From NCBI GenBank assembly GCA_012295275.1, contig CM022678.1, forward strand, positions 4,650,001 to 4,714,000: 64,000 nt of DNA, in the 5' to 3' direction. The stretch comes from Chrysomallon squamiferum. Its lineage: Eukaryota; Animalia; Mollusca. Position 1 is the stretch's first letter. Every line of letters begins with the position of its first letter. Below the pieces are notes generated by a model. That model searched no databases, was not told the DNA's origin, and saw only the letters and a list, made by a program, of their open reading frames with translations. Shown in pieces: positions 24,836-38,865 of the stretch. Made by a program: the position numbers and the translations under genes.

Positions 24836-25810
24836 ACTTGATGTGGTCTTTCTCGTTTTCTTTGTGCTCTTTTTGAGAGAAATCACACTGTGGTTGTTCT
24901 TGTCGTCTTCACGGCAGTTGTGAGCTGGCTAATTGATCCTATGTTATTATCTCATCAGTTTTTAATGTATATAAACTGAAAGTGACAATCAACATTATTA
25001 AAATGCAGAGGATAGGTTAACTTATTCAACTAATTCAGTCATGTGTTAACGGAAGATTAATTTAATTCGAAACACCGAGGTTTCATTCAAAAGAGGATTA
25101 TGTATTTTTAATTTGTAAAACAAAATCAAGCACTGACAACAGCAATAGTAAATTTACACTTGAATAAATATGCTCATACATGCATTTATACATACATACC
25201 TACACCGAAAACTTATATACATACGCAAATAAAGGTGCTATATTTCAAACATGCTTTCTCTCGATGTTTGAGTACAAAGTAAATTTTAAATTAGCTTTCT
25301 TCTGAAGAAAAAAAAGGATATAAAAAATGGCGAATATTGATGGATTATTTCGTAATAGACAGAGCAATATAACGAGAAAATGTATCTGTAATGAACTTTG
25401 GTTTTTCAATGCCTTTAAAACAAAAAATTATTCAATATTTTTAAAACACTGTAGTTAACTAGATTCACTCTGGAACTGATAATATGAATGAATGAATGCT
25501 TATATTTTATTGGCGAATGTCTTCCAATAAGATTAGCTAAGAATCTGACACTGGTCAACAGCAGTCTTTCTACAGATATGTCATTAAAGGAACATTCATT
25601 AAAGACGTATTCGTTCTCTGAATTGTTGTTTCAGTAAGAAAATTATAAATATTTGTCTCTCTTAAATGACATTAAAACCAAATTCCGTTTATTTAGAGAA
25701 CTAAAAAGTTTTAATTTTTTATGTCTACTTAATCAAAGACAGAGTGTGTTAGAGTGATGAAGCAAATAATAAAGTATTCTAGCAAAAAATGTTTCCGATA
25801 AAGCAGCGGT

Positions 25811-25847
<37 letters not shown>

Positions 25848-26058
25848 TATGTAATAAGTAAGAAAATAAGGCCAAATGAAAACACACGCACACAGAGAAT
25901 AAAAATAAAAATACTAAAAAAACTACACATATTATTTTATCATTTTATTTATTTTAAGAAAATACTGAAAAGGGACACTTCACTAGAGTAAATAAGTGAA
26001 CATGAAGTAGCTCGTCTCTTAAGAAGAAAACAACAACACCAACTGACGCTTCAAGAAC

Positions 26059-26360
26059 AATGTCAAATACGTCTTCTGTGAAAATAATTTTTTTCGTGTA
26101 TGGCTCTGTGACTGCCGTCGTCTGGCCAATTTGGAACCAGTTTTTATGAATCACGTTGGTTTAGTGATCGAAAAACCTACGAAATATCAGTTAACAGAAG
26201 TAACGTTTTGAAGAAGGTTACAGTGTCCAACAAACGTCTTACAACATTTTTGGCTGTCGAACTATTTTCTATTCTTTCTGCGATAATATTTGTCCTTTCT
26301 CCTACGGTGACCATGTTCTTCTGCCAACCTTTGAAGACCATCCAAGTAGGAAACATTACG
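26059..26360 (+). pseudogene. Old frameshifted PAN exon-1 remnant, head-to-head with gene C
   Basis: Fragments MSNTSSVKIIFFVY, RRLQC and CRTIFYSFCDNICPFSYGDHVLLPTFEDHPSRKHYG align to exon 1. Copies at ~61425-61725 (+) and ~47825-48055 (-). Confidence 0.7.
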
Positions 26361-26403
26361 GTGAAAATGTTATTTTAATTATAATAATACTTCGCGAAAG
26401 AAT

Positions 26404-26503
<100 letters not shown>

Positions 26504-26739
26504 AACTAATCTTCAAAATTTGTTTGTTCTAAAGAATGACAAAAATAAATTCACTCTGCAAAGCTGATGACCATTTTATTGTGACGTCATTTCGTTTATA
26601 CAAGTTAAATATTACAACGAGAAACAAGTTGTCTGTTTGATCTTTAATAGCATTTTGCTTACTTTTAATATATATAATACATTGTTATATTATCTTATAT
26701 TTATAACTATTTATTTTCATATTATGATATATCAACATT

Positions 26740-27720
26740 AACAGTCCAACACGAATATTAAAAACACGAGATAGTCTTCACCGAAGTCATAGTTAACGTC
26801 GTGGTTGTTGGCACCGGGTAAGTCAGAGTGTTGTCGATATTGTCTTGTGCACAAATAGATCGGAACTGTATTTGTCTTCAATATTGATTTATTGGAATAC
26901 TCTTCGTTTTTTTCTTTTAGGAAACAAATTAATTACTCGTTTCCTTTGTTTCAGTTAACAGACAAACAGGCGTGGATAAGTAATTCGTTGTACAAAAGGA
27001 ACACGTTTTAATGAGTGCTTCGATGCAAATGTCGATATGAAATATATAAATACTGACACAGACAATGTGTGATAGAATTAAACTTGAAGAAGTGAAGTGT
27101 TTCTTTTTTTTCTTGAGAAAACATTAGCATGTAATTGGTTTTCATGAATTGTTATGACTTATCTATATAATTTGTTCTGCAGTGATTATGTCGATAGAGT
27201 CTGAAAGCGAGTTATCTGTTTATATTTTTCTAATAGAAACGCAGATACAATCAAAAAATAAATGTTTTATGTCTGCCTACACTCCAGTATAAAATATGAA
27301 TTTCCACTGGTGCATGAAATTGGATGCTGCAAAATAAATGTAATAGATAACATACAAGCCTTACTGTTATACATTAAATATTTAACTATAATTTCAATAA
27401 TCATAATATAATCTATTTATATGTACTGAATCGTAATTAATATCTCAAACACTATACATTTTCTATAATCCATGGACTGCAGATGTTTTGCAGTTATTAT
27501 AAAACAGTTTCGTTTTCTTTTTCTTTTTCTAGCTACAAGTGTGATCACGTGATATCCAGCTTGTTATTGATGGTTCACAAGAATTAAGATTGAAATTATT
27601 GAAAAGCATTATAGTTTGAAATATTCAAAGAAAAAAGTTTCAAATGAATCATAATGTAAATATTTATAAACTAATTTTCAAAACAAAGTAGAAAACAGAA
27701 GACATGGAATAATCAACACC
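26740..27720 (-). pseudogene. Empty G-type locus: promoter and first 8 codons fused to the 3' flank
   Basis: Minus strand ATG(26790) ACT TCG GTG AAG ACT ATC TCG matches the start of gene G, followed directly by sequence matching G downstream (~47385-47450). The upstream 900 bp matches 43130-44010 inverted. Confidence 0.75.
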
Positions 27721-27834
27721 TGAATTGCAATAAAACTCTCGAACTTTGCACATTTTGTTTAACCCATAATGATTACTAAATCGAACATCGAACAATTTTT
27801 TAATTAATTTTTTTTTATTTTTATTTTTTTAGTT

Positions 27835-28365
27835 ACATGATATCCAGCGTGATTTCCAGCCTTTGTAAGCGAAACTGGTAATCGTCTTTCTGGATGATTC
27901 ACAGCAGTTAAGACTGAAGCGACTGACAAGCAAAAATTGCGAGAGACGGTTAGTGGTTTAGCCTGGCGGTATGTGGTATTGCACTGTCATGTCGAAACAG
28001 AAAACCAGGATGCTGCTGCAGGAATGTTAATGACCACTGGTGTAGTGATCTCGTCGCAGTCGTGTTTCCGAGATCTCCTTCACCTGCACCATAAATGCCG
28101 GAACAGACAATGACGCCGGCACCGCCGTATCGGTCATTCTGAATAACGTTGTCTGCATCATATCGTTCTCATACATGACGCCTGCCATCAGCAAACTGAA
28201 CACAAAACCTGGATTCGTCTGTGAATAAACGTCTGATCCCATTGTCTGCGTCGCCTGTGTTGATGTATTCTGGCCCCTTTGAGACGTTCCTGAAGGTGAC
28301 GCGCTGTCAGGGGAACATCTACAACAGGGCGACGTGCTTGTAATTCAGCAGTATGGAGACGGTTA
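27835..28365 (-). mobile_element. Degenerate Tc1/mariner-type transposase fragment
   Basis: Minus-strand frames give LFTDES, DGRRHV, DRYGGAGVIVCSGI and FRHDSAIPHTAR (cf. the Tc1 motifs FTDES, GGGSVMVW and FQHDNARPH), with stops and frameshifts. Confidence 0.85.
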
Positions 28366-28729
28366 CGGACATTAACAGTCCAACACGGATATTAAAAACA
28401 TGAGATACTTTTCACAGAAGTCATAGTTAACGTTGGTTGTTGGCACCGGGTTTGTCGATTGGCACCGATCGGAGCTGTTTTGTCGATCTTGTCTTGTTGC
28501 GCAAATTGATTTTTTTTTAGCAAACTAATTTTTTCCATTGTTTCAACATATTGGATAAGTAATTGGAACACTCTTTAATGCCATCAGTTGTTAAATATAT
28601 AAATTTGATCTATATAATTTGTTCTGCAATTAAACTTGAAGAAGTGTCGATACAAAAACACTGGTTTCCATGAATTGTCTTATCTATATAATTTAATAAT
28701 ATAATAATAATAAAACACTGGTTTTGTCT

Positions 28730-28779
<50 letters not shown>

Positions 28780-28971
28780 TACAAATAGCATCATCATCAT
28801 CATTATTATTATGATCATCAAAGGCAACTTCGTTCGTCCTTTGTGGATGAGTAACAGCATAAAATATTGAAATATCTGAAATATATATATTTTTATCTTA
28901 CAGGCAAACACACACACAAAAATGAAAAAAATATAATAAACAAATCACTTCATTAATATTTATTAATTTTC

Positions 28972-29002
<31 letters not shown>

Positions 29003-29083
29003 GAGAACATAGAAGAAAAACCAGGATGAACACCACAATGATCACAGGTCTCTGTGTGTCCACGTATTTTGTGTCTGTTTTAA

Positions 29084-29422
29084 CTACGGCACAAACTTAG
29101 ATGGTCTTATTTTCATCACTGTTCTTTTAAGAGTGTAATCCCAGTTATTTCTCCATACAGACCACCAAATAGCACTTGGATCAGTCTTGTTCGCGTTTCT
29201 GTAGATGCCATTCAAATTGGAATGGACACAGAATCTGTACCACCACGCGCCTCTGTGTTGTTTAGCACAGTCCGAAGACGATTTGTCTACGTCTTTGTCT
29301 TTTGTACTGAAATAACAACCATTGTGCCACTCAAGACCATCACCTAAAAAATAAAAAATGAAAATAATAATAATAAAAAAATACAACTTCAAAACAGCAG
29401 CAATTGATAAATAAATAAATAA

Positions 29423-29499
<77 letters not shown>

Positions 29500-30979
29500 A
29501 ATAATAATAATGAAAGATTTCATAATCTCATTTACAATGATAAAATCTTTGACAGTGATGAAATAAAGATTGGGATGACGAAAAGTATGATCAGAATTAT
29601 CTTAATAATAATATGATCACAGTAATAAAAATAATGATGATCATCATGATGATAACAATAATTACAATGCTGCTACTACTATTACTACTAATAATAACGA
29701 AGATGATGACGATAATGAAAACGACAATTATAATAATAACCGAAAGAAAAAGAAAAAGAAAAGAAAAGGAAATAAATGAGAAAAGGAACAAGGAAATTTA
29801 GTAAAAGAAAGTTAATATCAAATGTTATCACATTAAATCATGACAAAAATCTGATGTAATTACAAATCACAGTACCAGCAGTTCCACTGTAATTGGCTAT
29901 AGACAACTGGAAATTATCGTCTTCTCCTGCTATCGAGAAATTCTTGTAGGAGGCGTAGGTCCTGCTCCCTACAAAATCTTCTAAATCTACCCTCAGTTCA
30001 TAAAGTCCTTGAGTAGTCAGTCTGTGAATATTGGTGTTACCTAATAAGAATAATAATGATAATAATAATAATAATAATAATAAAAAAATTAATAATTATA
30101 ATAATAAATGTTTCTAATAAAATGTTCACTTCACAATGACACAAAATCAATAATAAAAGAATGTTTCGTCTTCAAAACTGACACATGAATTCACTAATCT
30201 TTCTGTGAATATTCGTGTTACCTATTAATAATAATAATATGATGATGATGCTTATAATGTTTAGCATCAGTGTCATGATGATGATGAAGATGATATCAAC
30301 ACGAACAACGATACTTATGTTGGAAGAAACGTGACAAAAAATACGAATATAAGTTATATTTTCATTCAAAACATTTGTCTATTTCAGTATCCATTTGCAT
30401 CAACCGGCCAGTCTTTTGAAAAGGTAATCAGGTTTAAACATACCCAGCCAGAACTCATTGTTCAAATTTCCGAAACCGTCTTTGTATTCATTCCAAGTTC
30501 TGTAGAAATCTTCCGATCCGTCAGTTCTTCTCTGAAATACCTGAATCAGTATTCAAGAAAGACTAAACTATAAGACAATATCAGCTGTGATTATATTCTA
30601 GTCGAACCTAATTAAGAGTTTCAGGATAAAAATTTATATTCTATATCTACGTAAACCGTTATTTTATAGATTCATTATCTATATCTGTCATTAAATATGT
30701 GTGTTAGGCAGCATTGCTTGTGTTTACTTCTTTGTGTATGTAACAATACTTCTGACTTACCAACCATCCTCCATTACTAATTTCACAATAGACACCGATT
30801 GGCTGTCCGCCGTCACGTGGTTGTACCAAATAAACACCGTCAGTCTGAATTCCTTTCTTCACGACATCGTAACAGTCAGCAGGTACGTCGTTTGCAACAT
30901 CTGTAAAGTGAATTCAGTGTATTCTGAGAAAATCTTTCAATATAATTATTTTAATCGAAAACGAAATAATAATAATAAT

Positions 30980-31043
<64 letters not shown>

Positions 31044-31061
31044 GTAGTAGTAGTAGTAGTA

Positions 31062-31137
<76 letters not shown>

Positions 31138-31608
31138 TATTCACGACACCTGCAGGTACGTCGTTTTCCACGTCTGTAAAATGAATTCAGTTTATTCTCG
31201 GTAAATATTTATATCTAAAATGTGAACACGTAAGATGAAGAAGAAAAAGAAGAAGCAGAAGAAGAAAAAGAGACAAATATATTTCAATAATTTACCGAAA
31301 CGTCGCATTCCCGTATAATTTTCTGAGGCTGAATGGAAAACATCGTCACCGTGTAACAAACAGGCGTTGTCAGTGGTCGAATAGAAAATACTTCTGCAGC
31401 GACTATGAAGATAGCAATTTACAGCGCACTGTAATCGTCCTGAGGTCGTCATTTCTTTTAAACTTTGTGATTTGGGTTTTACATCTCGAAATAATGGTGA
31501 TTCGTGTAAATCGGTTTCAACGTTGCCAGAAGCTGGACAGAGTTCTGAGGAAACATAGGCCTCAAACAGGATGAAAATCGTAAGTGAGATAGACTTCACA
31601 GAAGTCAT
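29084..31608 (-). CDS. Gene D: PAN + FReD protein, 324 aa, with a distinct exon-5 type
   Basis: Exons 31608-31296, 30900-30761, 30540-30444, 30040-29876, 29343-29084; canonical splice sites, open frame. Confidence 0.92.
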
Positions 31609-32344
31609 GGTTGTTGGCACCGGGTAAATCAGAGTGTTGTCGATATTGTCTTGTGCACAAATAGATCGGAGCTGTATTTGCCTTAAATACTGATTTACTG
31701 GAATACTCTTTGTTTTTTTCTTTTAGGAAACAAATTAATTACTCGTTTCCTTTGTTTCAGTTAACAGACAAATAGGCGTGGAAAAGTAATTCGTTGTACA
31801 AAAGGAACACGTTTTAATGAGTGCTTCGTCGCAAATGTCGATATGAAATATATAAATACTGTCACAGACAATGTGTGATAGAATTAAACTTGAAGAAGTG
31901 AAGTGTTTCTTTTTTTTTCTTGAGAAATCATTAACACGTAATTGGTTGCCATGAATTGTTATGACTTATCTATATAATTTGTTCTGCAGTGATTATGTCG
32001 ATACAGTCTGAAAGCGAGTTATCTGTTTATATTTTTCTAATAGAAACCGAGATACAATCAAAGAATAAATGTTTTATGTTTGCCTACACTCCAGTACAAA
32101 AGAGGAATTTCCACTGGTGCATGAAACTGGATGGTGCAAAATAAATGTAATAGATAAGATACAAGTCTTACTGTTATACATTAAATATTTAACTATAATT
32201 TCAATAGTCATAATAAAATTTATTTATATGTACTGAATCGCAATAAAACTCTCGAACATTGCAAATTTTGTTTAACCCATAATGATTACTAAATCGAACA
32301 TCGAACAATAGTTTAATTAATTTTTTTTTTTTTTTTTTTTTTTT

Positions 32345-32870
32345 AGGTACATGATATCCAGCGTGATTTTCAGCCTTTGTAAGCGACACAGGTAATGGTC
32401 TTTCTGGATGATTCCCAGCAGTTAAGACTGAAGCGACTGACCAGCAAAAATTGCGAGAGACGATTAGTGGCTTAGCCTGGCGGTATGTGATCTTGCCCTG
32501 TCATGTGGAAACAGAAAGCCAGGATGCTGCTGCAGGAATGTGAATGACCACTGGTGTAATGATCTCGTAGCAGTCGTGTTTCCGAGATGTGCTTCACCTC
32601 CACCATAAATGCCGGCCCAGACCATGACGCTGCCACCGCCGTATCGGTCATTCCGAATGACGTTGACTGCATCATATCGTTCTCATACATGACGCCTGCC
32701 ATCAGCAAACTGAACACAAAACCCGGATTCGTCTGTGAATAAACGTCTGATCTCATTGTTTGCGTCGCCTGTATTCTGGCCCCTTTGAGACGTTCCTGAA
32801 GGTGATACGCTGTCAGGGGAACATCTACAACACGGCGACGTGCTTGTAAACCAGCAGCATGGAGAACTGT
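32345..32870 (-). mobile_element. Degenerate Tc1/mariner-type transposase fragment (best-preserved copy; element may extend to ~33250)
   Basis: LFTDES at ~32725-32742, RYGGGSVMVWAGI at ~32608-32646, FPHDRARSHTARL at ~32473-32511; in-frame stop and frameshifts. Confidence 0.88.
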
Positions 32871-33379
32871 TAGGGACAGTTTGAGAATGAATTCTAGTGT
32901 GTGTGGTTTGCTGAAAAGTACGGGCTAAAAGTGGAGCACTTTCGATCCTGTGACGTCGAGATGACTGGCGTGTACATCGCTTGGTATAAAGATCTCTATA
33001 TTCACATAGTGACAGCTCACAAACAGACGCGAGTACACAGACAAACTCTTACACACAAAGTGTTTGTAAAATAACAGTTTGTATGCATGTAGAATTGTGT
33101 CGTTCTACGGTCGTGCTATCATTTTTCGTGGACAGAATTATCAGAATTTATTGTTATTGTTTCTAAATCACCGACTCCGATTTTTCACAAAACAACTGAC
33201 AGATCTAGCAATTTCAACAGAAGTTGCAATATTTGAACAATGAGTTCTGGGTCGTATGTTTATGAAATTGTTATTGATACATAGACAGATTAGTGAATGC
33301 AAATACCTCTTTTCAAGACAGTTTAATTCTTATTTAGATCGTTTTCCTATTTTACAAACACTGGTATTGTCTGTAAATG

Positions 33380-33437
<58 letters not shown>

Positions 33438-33753
33438 TATAATAATTACAAACAGCATCATCATCATCATTATTAATATCACAAGGCAACTTCGTTCGTC
33501 CTTTGTGGATGAGTAACAGCATAAAATATTGAAATATCTGAAATATATATATTTTTATCTTACAGGCAAACACACACAAATGAAAAAATATAATAAACAA
33601 ATCACTGCATTAATATTTATTAATTTTCAAAAAATAAAAAATAGAAAAATAAAAGTAGAATATACAAGAAAAACCGGGATGAACACCACAATGATCAGTA
33701 TTTCACAGATTTCACAGGTCTCTGTGTGTCCACGTATTTTGTGTCTGTTTTAA

Positions 33754-34658
33754 CTACGGCACAAACTTAGATGGTCTTATTTTCATAACTGTTCTTTTAA
33801 GAGTGTAATCCCAGTTATTTCTCCATACAGACCACCAAATTGCAGTTGGATCAGTCTCGTTTTCGTTTCTGTAGATGCCATTCAAATTAGAATTGACGCA
33901 GAATCTGTACCACCACGCGCCTCTGTGTTGTTTAGCACAGTCCGAAGACAATTTGTCTACGTCTTTGTCTTTTGTACTGAAATAACAACCATTGTGCCAC
34001 TCAAGACCATCACCTAAAAAATAAAAAAAAATAAAAAAAAAAAAAAAAAAAAATACAACTTCAAAACAATAGCAATAAATATTTAAATAAATAAATAAAT
34101 AAATAAATAAAAAAATAAATAAATAAATGAATAAATAAATAAATAAAATAATAATAATAATAATAATAATCATCATCATCATGATAATGATGATGATGAT
34201 AGTAATAATAATGAAAGATTTCATAATCTCATTTACAATGATAAAATCTTTGACAGTGATGAAATAAAGATTGGGATGACGAAAAGTATGATCAGAATTA
34301 TCTTAATAATAATATGATCACAGTAATAAAAATAGTGATGATCATCATGATGATAACAATAATTACAATGCTGCTACTACTATTACTACTAATAATAACG
34401 AAGATGATGACGCTAATGAAAACGACAATTCTAATAATAACCGAAAGAAAAAGAAAAAGAAAAGAAAAGGAAATAAATGAGAAAAGGAACAAGGAAATTT
34501 AGTAAAAGAAAGTTAATATCAAATGTTATCACACTAAATCATGACAAAAATCTGATGTAATTACAAATCACAGTACCACCAGTTCCACTGTAATTGGCTA
34601 TAGACAACTGGAAATTCAGTTGTTTCTCGGTAAATATTTATATCTAAAATGTGAACAC

Positions 34659-34690
<32 letters not shown>

Positions 34691-35030
34691 AAGAAGAAGA
34701 AGAAAAGGAGAGAAATATATTTCAATAATTTACCGAAACGTCGCATTCCCGTATAATTTTCTGATGTTGAATGAAAAAAATCGTCACCGTATAACAAACA
34801 GACGTTGCCAGTTGTCGAATAGAAAATACTTCGGCAGCGAGGACAATGAGAGCAATTTACTGCGCACTGCAATCTTCCTGAGGTTGTCACTTCTTTTGCA
34901 CTTTGTGATTTGGATTTTACATCTCAAAATAATGGTAATTCCTGGAAATTGGTTTCAACGTTGCCAGAAGCTGGACAAACTTCTGAGGCAGCAGTGGAGT
35001 CAAACAGGATGAAAATCATGAGTGATATAT
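33754..35030 (-). pseudogene. Gene E: deleted PAN-FReD pseudogene
   Basis: Intact D-like exon 5 at 34013-33754. Only the last ~40 nt of exon 4 remain, fused to intron 1 at ~34615 (exons 2-3 lost). Exon 1 34734-35030 lacks its ATG and has CGA>TGA at 34924-34926. Confidence 0.88.
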
Positions 35031-36194
35031 ATATTAGCTATCGATTTATAACTTTCTAACAGATAAAAGGTGCAATCAACTAATAAATGTTTAATGTTTG
35101 TTTGGCGACTCTCCAGTACTAAGATTGCTGTTTATTATTAAAGATATATTCTGGAACGTTAATATGATACATAACACAGTGTCGCGGATTTGTAATTATT
35201 CTAACTCGTAATGTTGATTTGTGGTGTAACTGTGTTTTCAGTTCTGTAATCAGTTCATTTTATTAATCGAATTGATTTAAAAGGCTTGCATCTATGTTCA
35301 GAAACAATGTGATCTGCCGATGGATATACGTTTGTTTCGTCATGGAAGAATGTGGTAACCTGTTGTTTTCTTATTCTGAGATGGTGTAATGTCTAATTAA
35401 ATTGTCTCAGTAACAATTGTGAAGTTTAACTTGTTAAATCTCCATTTCGAGGAGAATCTTATTTTTATATTGGTTCCCCGGCTGATGTTAATTCACTTTC
35501 TCACACGAGATATTCAAATATATTTTATCATAATTTACAGTGTCGCTTATTATTCACTTTCTTGTAAATATACCTTAATTTCTTTTTTGCTTATTTCTAT
35601 AATGCATTTAGAGAACTGGTTTATTCAGTTTATAAATTCCTTGTCAGATGACCATTAGTTAAAACATCTTGTTTAGTGCTAGACTGAGTCGTGTTAAAAT
35701 ACAGCAGATGTTTGATCAAACAGTACCCATGTTGAAGGTGATTCAATTTCTACTACGAGGCGTCATCAAACACTTTTTTGAATGACAATACTCGGTTTAC
35801 ATTTAATACATGGTTGTAATTATTCCAGTTATTTTAGTAAGTATTAATGTTGTATTGTTTCGGATAAAGGTAAACAGGCACGTACAGATTGTTCTAACTG
35901 AACAGTTTCATTCCTTCACTTTACGACATGTTTGATCACGTGATATCCACACTTTGCTAGAGAAAATTAGCATCTTTAGAGACTGATTTTCGAAACACTG
36001 AGTCCTTTGATAACCGAATAAATAAGTAAATAAAACAAATGAATCAAAGCATAAAGATTTATTAATTAAATTTCAAAGCTCAATGAAAGCGAGTCAACAT
36101 GACTGCGATCGTTATTGTTCTATGTCTCTGCGATTAGTTTTCTGACACAGATCTCTCACATGTATCGGTCCACATATTTTGTAATTAATCCGGA

Positions 36195-37892
36195 CTATGG
36201 CACCATCTTAGATGGTCTTATTTTCAAAACTGCTCCTTTTAGTGGTTTTTGCCATCCTGTTCTCCATGCACACCACCAAACTGAAGTCTTATTGGCCGTC
36301 TTTACATATGTATATATTCCATTTAGATTGGAGCGAGAACAACGGTTGTACCACCAAGCTCCTTTATGGTATACAGCACAGTTCACATCTGTCCTGTCCT
36401 GATCTTTGTCTTTTGTACTGAAATAACAGCCATTTTGAAATGACAGAGCATCATCTGAAAAATAGTGATTAAAAAACATTTGACTATCTACATGTTATTT
36501 AGGCTATACATTAATCTCTGTGTTCTTTAGCACAGTCCAAAGACGATTTTTCTACGTCTTTGTCTTTTGTACTGAAATAACAACCGTTGTGCCACTCAAG
36601 ACTATCAACTAAAATTAAAAAATTAAATTAAAAACAATAAAAAGTACAACTTCAAAACAACAGCAGCAAATTAATAAATAAATAAATTATAATAATAATA
36701 ATGACGATGATGATGATGATAATAATAATGAACTATTTCATAATCACATTTACAATGTTAAAATCTTTGACAGTGATGAGATGAAGATTGGGATGATGAA
36801 TAGTATGATCATAATGATCTTAATAATAATATTAATGATAACAATCATGGTCACAATAATAAAAAATAATGATGATCATCATGATGATAACAATAATGAC
36901 AATACTCTACTACTATTAGTACTACTAATAATGAAGATCATGATAATAATGAAAAAGACAATTATAAAAATAACTAAAAGACAAGAAAAGGAAATATAGG
37001 AAAAGGAACAAGGAAATTTAGTAAAAGAAAGATAATGTCAAATGTTATCACATTAAATCATAACAACAAATCTGATGTAATTACAAATCACAGTACCAGC
37101 AGTTCCACTGTAATTGGCTATAGACAGCTGGAAATTCTTGTCTTCTCTTGCTATCGAGAAATTCTGGTAGGAGGCGTAGGCAGTGTTCCCTTCAAAATCT
37201 TCTAAATCTACCCTCAGTTCATAAAGTCCTTGAGCAGTTAGTCTGTGAATATTGGTGTTACCTAATAATAATAATAATAACAATAATCATAAAAATATCT
37301 ATGATGATGATTATAATTATTCAGCATCAGTGTTATGATGATGATGATGATAAAAACATTTGTCTATTTCAGAATCCATTTGCATCGAAAAGATAATCAG
37401 GTTTAAACATACCCAGCCAGAACTCATTGCGTAAATTTCCGAAACCGTCTTTGTATTCATTCCAAGTTCTGTAGAAATCTTCCGATCCGTCAGTCCTTCG
37501 CTGTAATACCTGAATCAGTAACGAAGAAAGACAATACAATTTAGTCCAAGTTAAATAAGAACCACTGGGAAAAAGAATCTATGATCTCTGTCTACTACAT
37601 GAGCCCATATCTCATAGAGATATTATCTCTAATTGTGTATAAAATCTGTGTGTCAGCAAAGATTTATAAGTCTGCCTTTCTGACTTACCAACCATCCTCC
37701 ATTACTAATTTCACAATAGACAGTGATTGATTGTCCGCTATCACGTGGTTTTACCAAATAAACACCATCAGCCTGAAATCCTTTCTTCACGACATCGTAA
37801 CAGTCTGTAGGTTCGTCGTTTTCAACATCTGTAAAATCAATTCAGTGTATTCTGAGTAAATCTTTGAATCTAATTATTGTGATCTAAAACGC

Positions 37893-37970
<78 letters not shown>

Positions 37971-38386
37971 AAGAAGAAGAAGAAGACGAAGAAGAAGAAA
38001 AGGAGAGGAAGACAAAAATAAAGGCAATCGTGAAAGTAAACAAACTATTTTTGTTTTTTTGTTAGTAGCTTACCGAAACGTTGCATGCCCACATACTTTT
38101 CAAATGTCGAATAAGTGACTTGATCATCGTACAACAAACAAACGTTGTCAGTGGTTGAATAGAACATACTTTGACAGTCAGACAAATGATAACACTGTCT
38201 GGCACACTCTGATCGTGTTGAAGTTGTCGTTTCGTCTATTCCTTTGATATTGGGTTTCACGTTCTGAAATAATGGTGATTCTCGCAGAACAGTTTGTATT
38301 GAACCAGAAGCTGGACAGACATTTGCCGCAGTCGTGGTCGTAAACAGGATGAAAATGACAGCTGAGATGTCCTTCGCAGAAGTCAT
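36195..38386 (-). CDS. Gene F: PAN + FReD protein, 324 aa if the distal exon-5 acceptor is used
   Basis: Exons 38386-38074, 37828-37689, 37509-37413, 37261-37097, 36454-36195 form an open frame. A competing truncated D-type exon 5 lies at 36608-36511. Confidence 0.8.
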
Positions 38387-38816
38387 ATTTTGATGACGTT
38401 GTTGTCGTCTTGGTAGGAGTTACACTCGACGTAACTGTTGTCCTCTTCTTAGAATGTCGTTCCTGTCCTTGTTTTCGTCTTCAGTGAGAAACAAATGTTC
38501 TTGAAGTTATGGCATGTAAAGAATGCATGCGAGCCAGTTCTGAGTTCACTGATGTTTTGTAATCTCGTTTAGTGCTGATAATCAAACTGTGTTTTAAATT
38601 AATGATAATAGAGAATAGGATATCTAGAGTAACGCATAGAATTACAAGTAAATGGTTATTTTTGAATAATTTAAATGTTGTTGTACCTGTTATATTTCAG
38701 GGGAAATATGCTGAGATATATTTTTATTTTTATCATTTTTATTGTTATTTTTATTTTATATATATATATATATTTTATTTACTTTCAATTTCATTATATA
38801 GTATTTAATTATTTTT

Positions 38817-38865
<49 letters not shown>

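Noticed and set aside
28027-28242. Repeated ORF MxSDVYSQTNPGFVFSLLMAG... as a novel small gene family (also 32472 and 63371)
   Set aside because: It is an alternative frame of a decayed Tc1-like transposase.
32230-33280. Terminal inverted repeats for the Tc1 element
   Set aside because: Only weak similarity between ~32240 and ~33225; not convincing by eye.
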